Positions 55,954-56,794 of a stretch of DNA of 56,794 bases are shown here, in pieces; position 1 is the first letter of the stretch; each line of letters opens with the position of its first letter. Under the pieces are notes generated by a model that was not told where the DNA came from, did not search any database, and was given only the letters and a program-made list of their open reading frames with translations. The stretch is from a virus (Duplodnaviria; Caudoviricetes): positions 1 through 56,794 of the IMG/VR virus record IMGVR_UViG_3300032308_002493; one strand, written 5' to 3'. The position numbers and the translations under genes are program-made.

Positions 55954-56794
55954 ATGGCGGTGAGCACTGACATCAATGCCCGGTTTGCAGCCCTCGGGGC
56001 CCGCATCGATGCGGCGCGGAAGCGCTGCGGCACCGGTTACAGCTGCGGCAACAGCTGCATCAGCCTTCAGAAGGAATGCAGGGCCAGGCCTGGCAGCGCG
56101 ATCAGCAAGGAGCGGATTCAGCGGCTTCAGCAGCTGGCCCGGGGCGAGGTGGCCCCCAGGGGGTTAGGTGTGCCTGGGCAGACGGCCGCGGCGGCCATGG
56201 CTGCCAGCCTTCACGGCCAGCGCAGCCAAAGGGCCGTTGAACTGCAGGCCAAGCGGCAAGCGAGGGCTCGCCAGTCCGCTCCAGTGGCGGCGATCACGGC
56301 GGCCGAGATAAAGCGGGCCTTCCCGCTGCCCACCGCCCAACAGCGCCAGCAGCGCGATCAGCTGCAAAACGCCACCAACCTGGCCGCAGCCGAACGCCAG
56401 GCGGTTTTCGATTACAGCGCCACCACCAGAGGGCCTCGGGCGGCATCAGCGCTCAACCGCTGCCTGCGACAACCGGCCAGCTGCCGCCAGAAAAAGGCCA
56501 CCGCCGCCATGGCAACAGATTTTGATGCCGCATTGCAAAAATTACCCAAGAACATAGAAGGTGCCCCTTTTTATCGGGGCATAGCAGTAAAAGACAGCAA
56601 TATGCAACGCCTGTATCAACAATTGCTCAAGGCTCGGCCTGGTGAGCGGTTTGCGGATCAGGGTTACGGCTCCTACTCCGACGACCGGCGAGTGGCGGCC
56701 ATCTATGCGGAGGCCAATGGCCCCGCCCCAGCGATCGTGTTGGTGAGCCGCAGCCAGGCCATCACCGGCATCAGTGCCATCTCCGGCTACCGCA
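55954..56794 (+). CDS. Cys4-module protein with ADP-ribosyltransferase domain (3' truncated by the window edge)
   Basis: Not in the track (no stop). MAVSTDINARFAALGARIDAARKRCGTGYSCGNSCISLQKEC...AVFDYS...LNRCLR...FDAALQKLP...FYRG...DQGYGSYS; VIP2/C3-like pattern. Confidence 0.8.
   Translation, partial: MAVSTDINARFAALGARIDAARKRCGTGYSCGNSCISLQKECRARPGSAISKERIQRLQQLARGEVAPRGLGVPGQTAAAAMAASLHGQRSQRAVELQAKRQARARQSAPVAAITAAEIKRAFPLPTAQQRQQRDQLQNATNLAAAERQAVFDYSATTRGPRAASALNRCLRQPASCRQKKATAAMATDFDAALQKLPKNIEGAPFYRGIAVKDSNMQRLYQQLLKARPGERFADQGYGSYSDDRRVAAIYAEANGPAPAIVLVSRSQAITGISAISGYR

Noticed and set aside
56700-56794. Direct circular join of the window end to its start
   Set aside because: No terminal overlap is visible, joining gives an immediate stop before the ART catalytic motif, and the left-edge gene points the other way. 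A gap is likely.

Overview
The window is a near-complete (circularly permuted, not closed) genome of a temperate siphovirus, probably infecting a GC-rich picocyanobacterium (Cyanobium/Synechococcus-like sigma-70 and ThyX; host is inferred). Gene order: DUF2213 protease/scaffold, capsid, neck, tail and fibre genes (745-23.4k); M15-type lysin; recombination and replication genes (ERF, HTH replication initiator with iterons); large serine integrase with an intact 50-bp attP-like palindrome; terminase; a split two-frame C5 DNA methyltransferase; a phage sigma factor; portal; gpF; thyX. The most striking element is at 49.8-56.8k and 1-153. It is a family of cargo-like proteins built from one repeated module, LEAR-x-D-A followed by KKC-x2-G-x2-CG-x2-CI-x5-C and a helix, each copy fused to a different payload (J-domain, ParB-like, unknown, HExxH metallopeptidase, ADP-ribosyltransferase). 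The same R-x-D-[A/G/S] motif is dense in the protease/scaffold, the portal extension and the capsid N-terminus. I infer a protease-processed, capsid-packaged, shufflable effector system. Also found: a repeated promoter/leader cassette, three structured ncRNA candidates, a late-promoter motif, a -1 frameshift in the tail chaperones and several decayed accessory genes. All assignments come from motif recognition by eye; no database searches were run.
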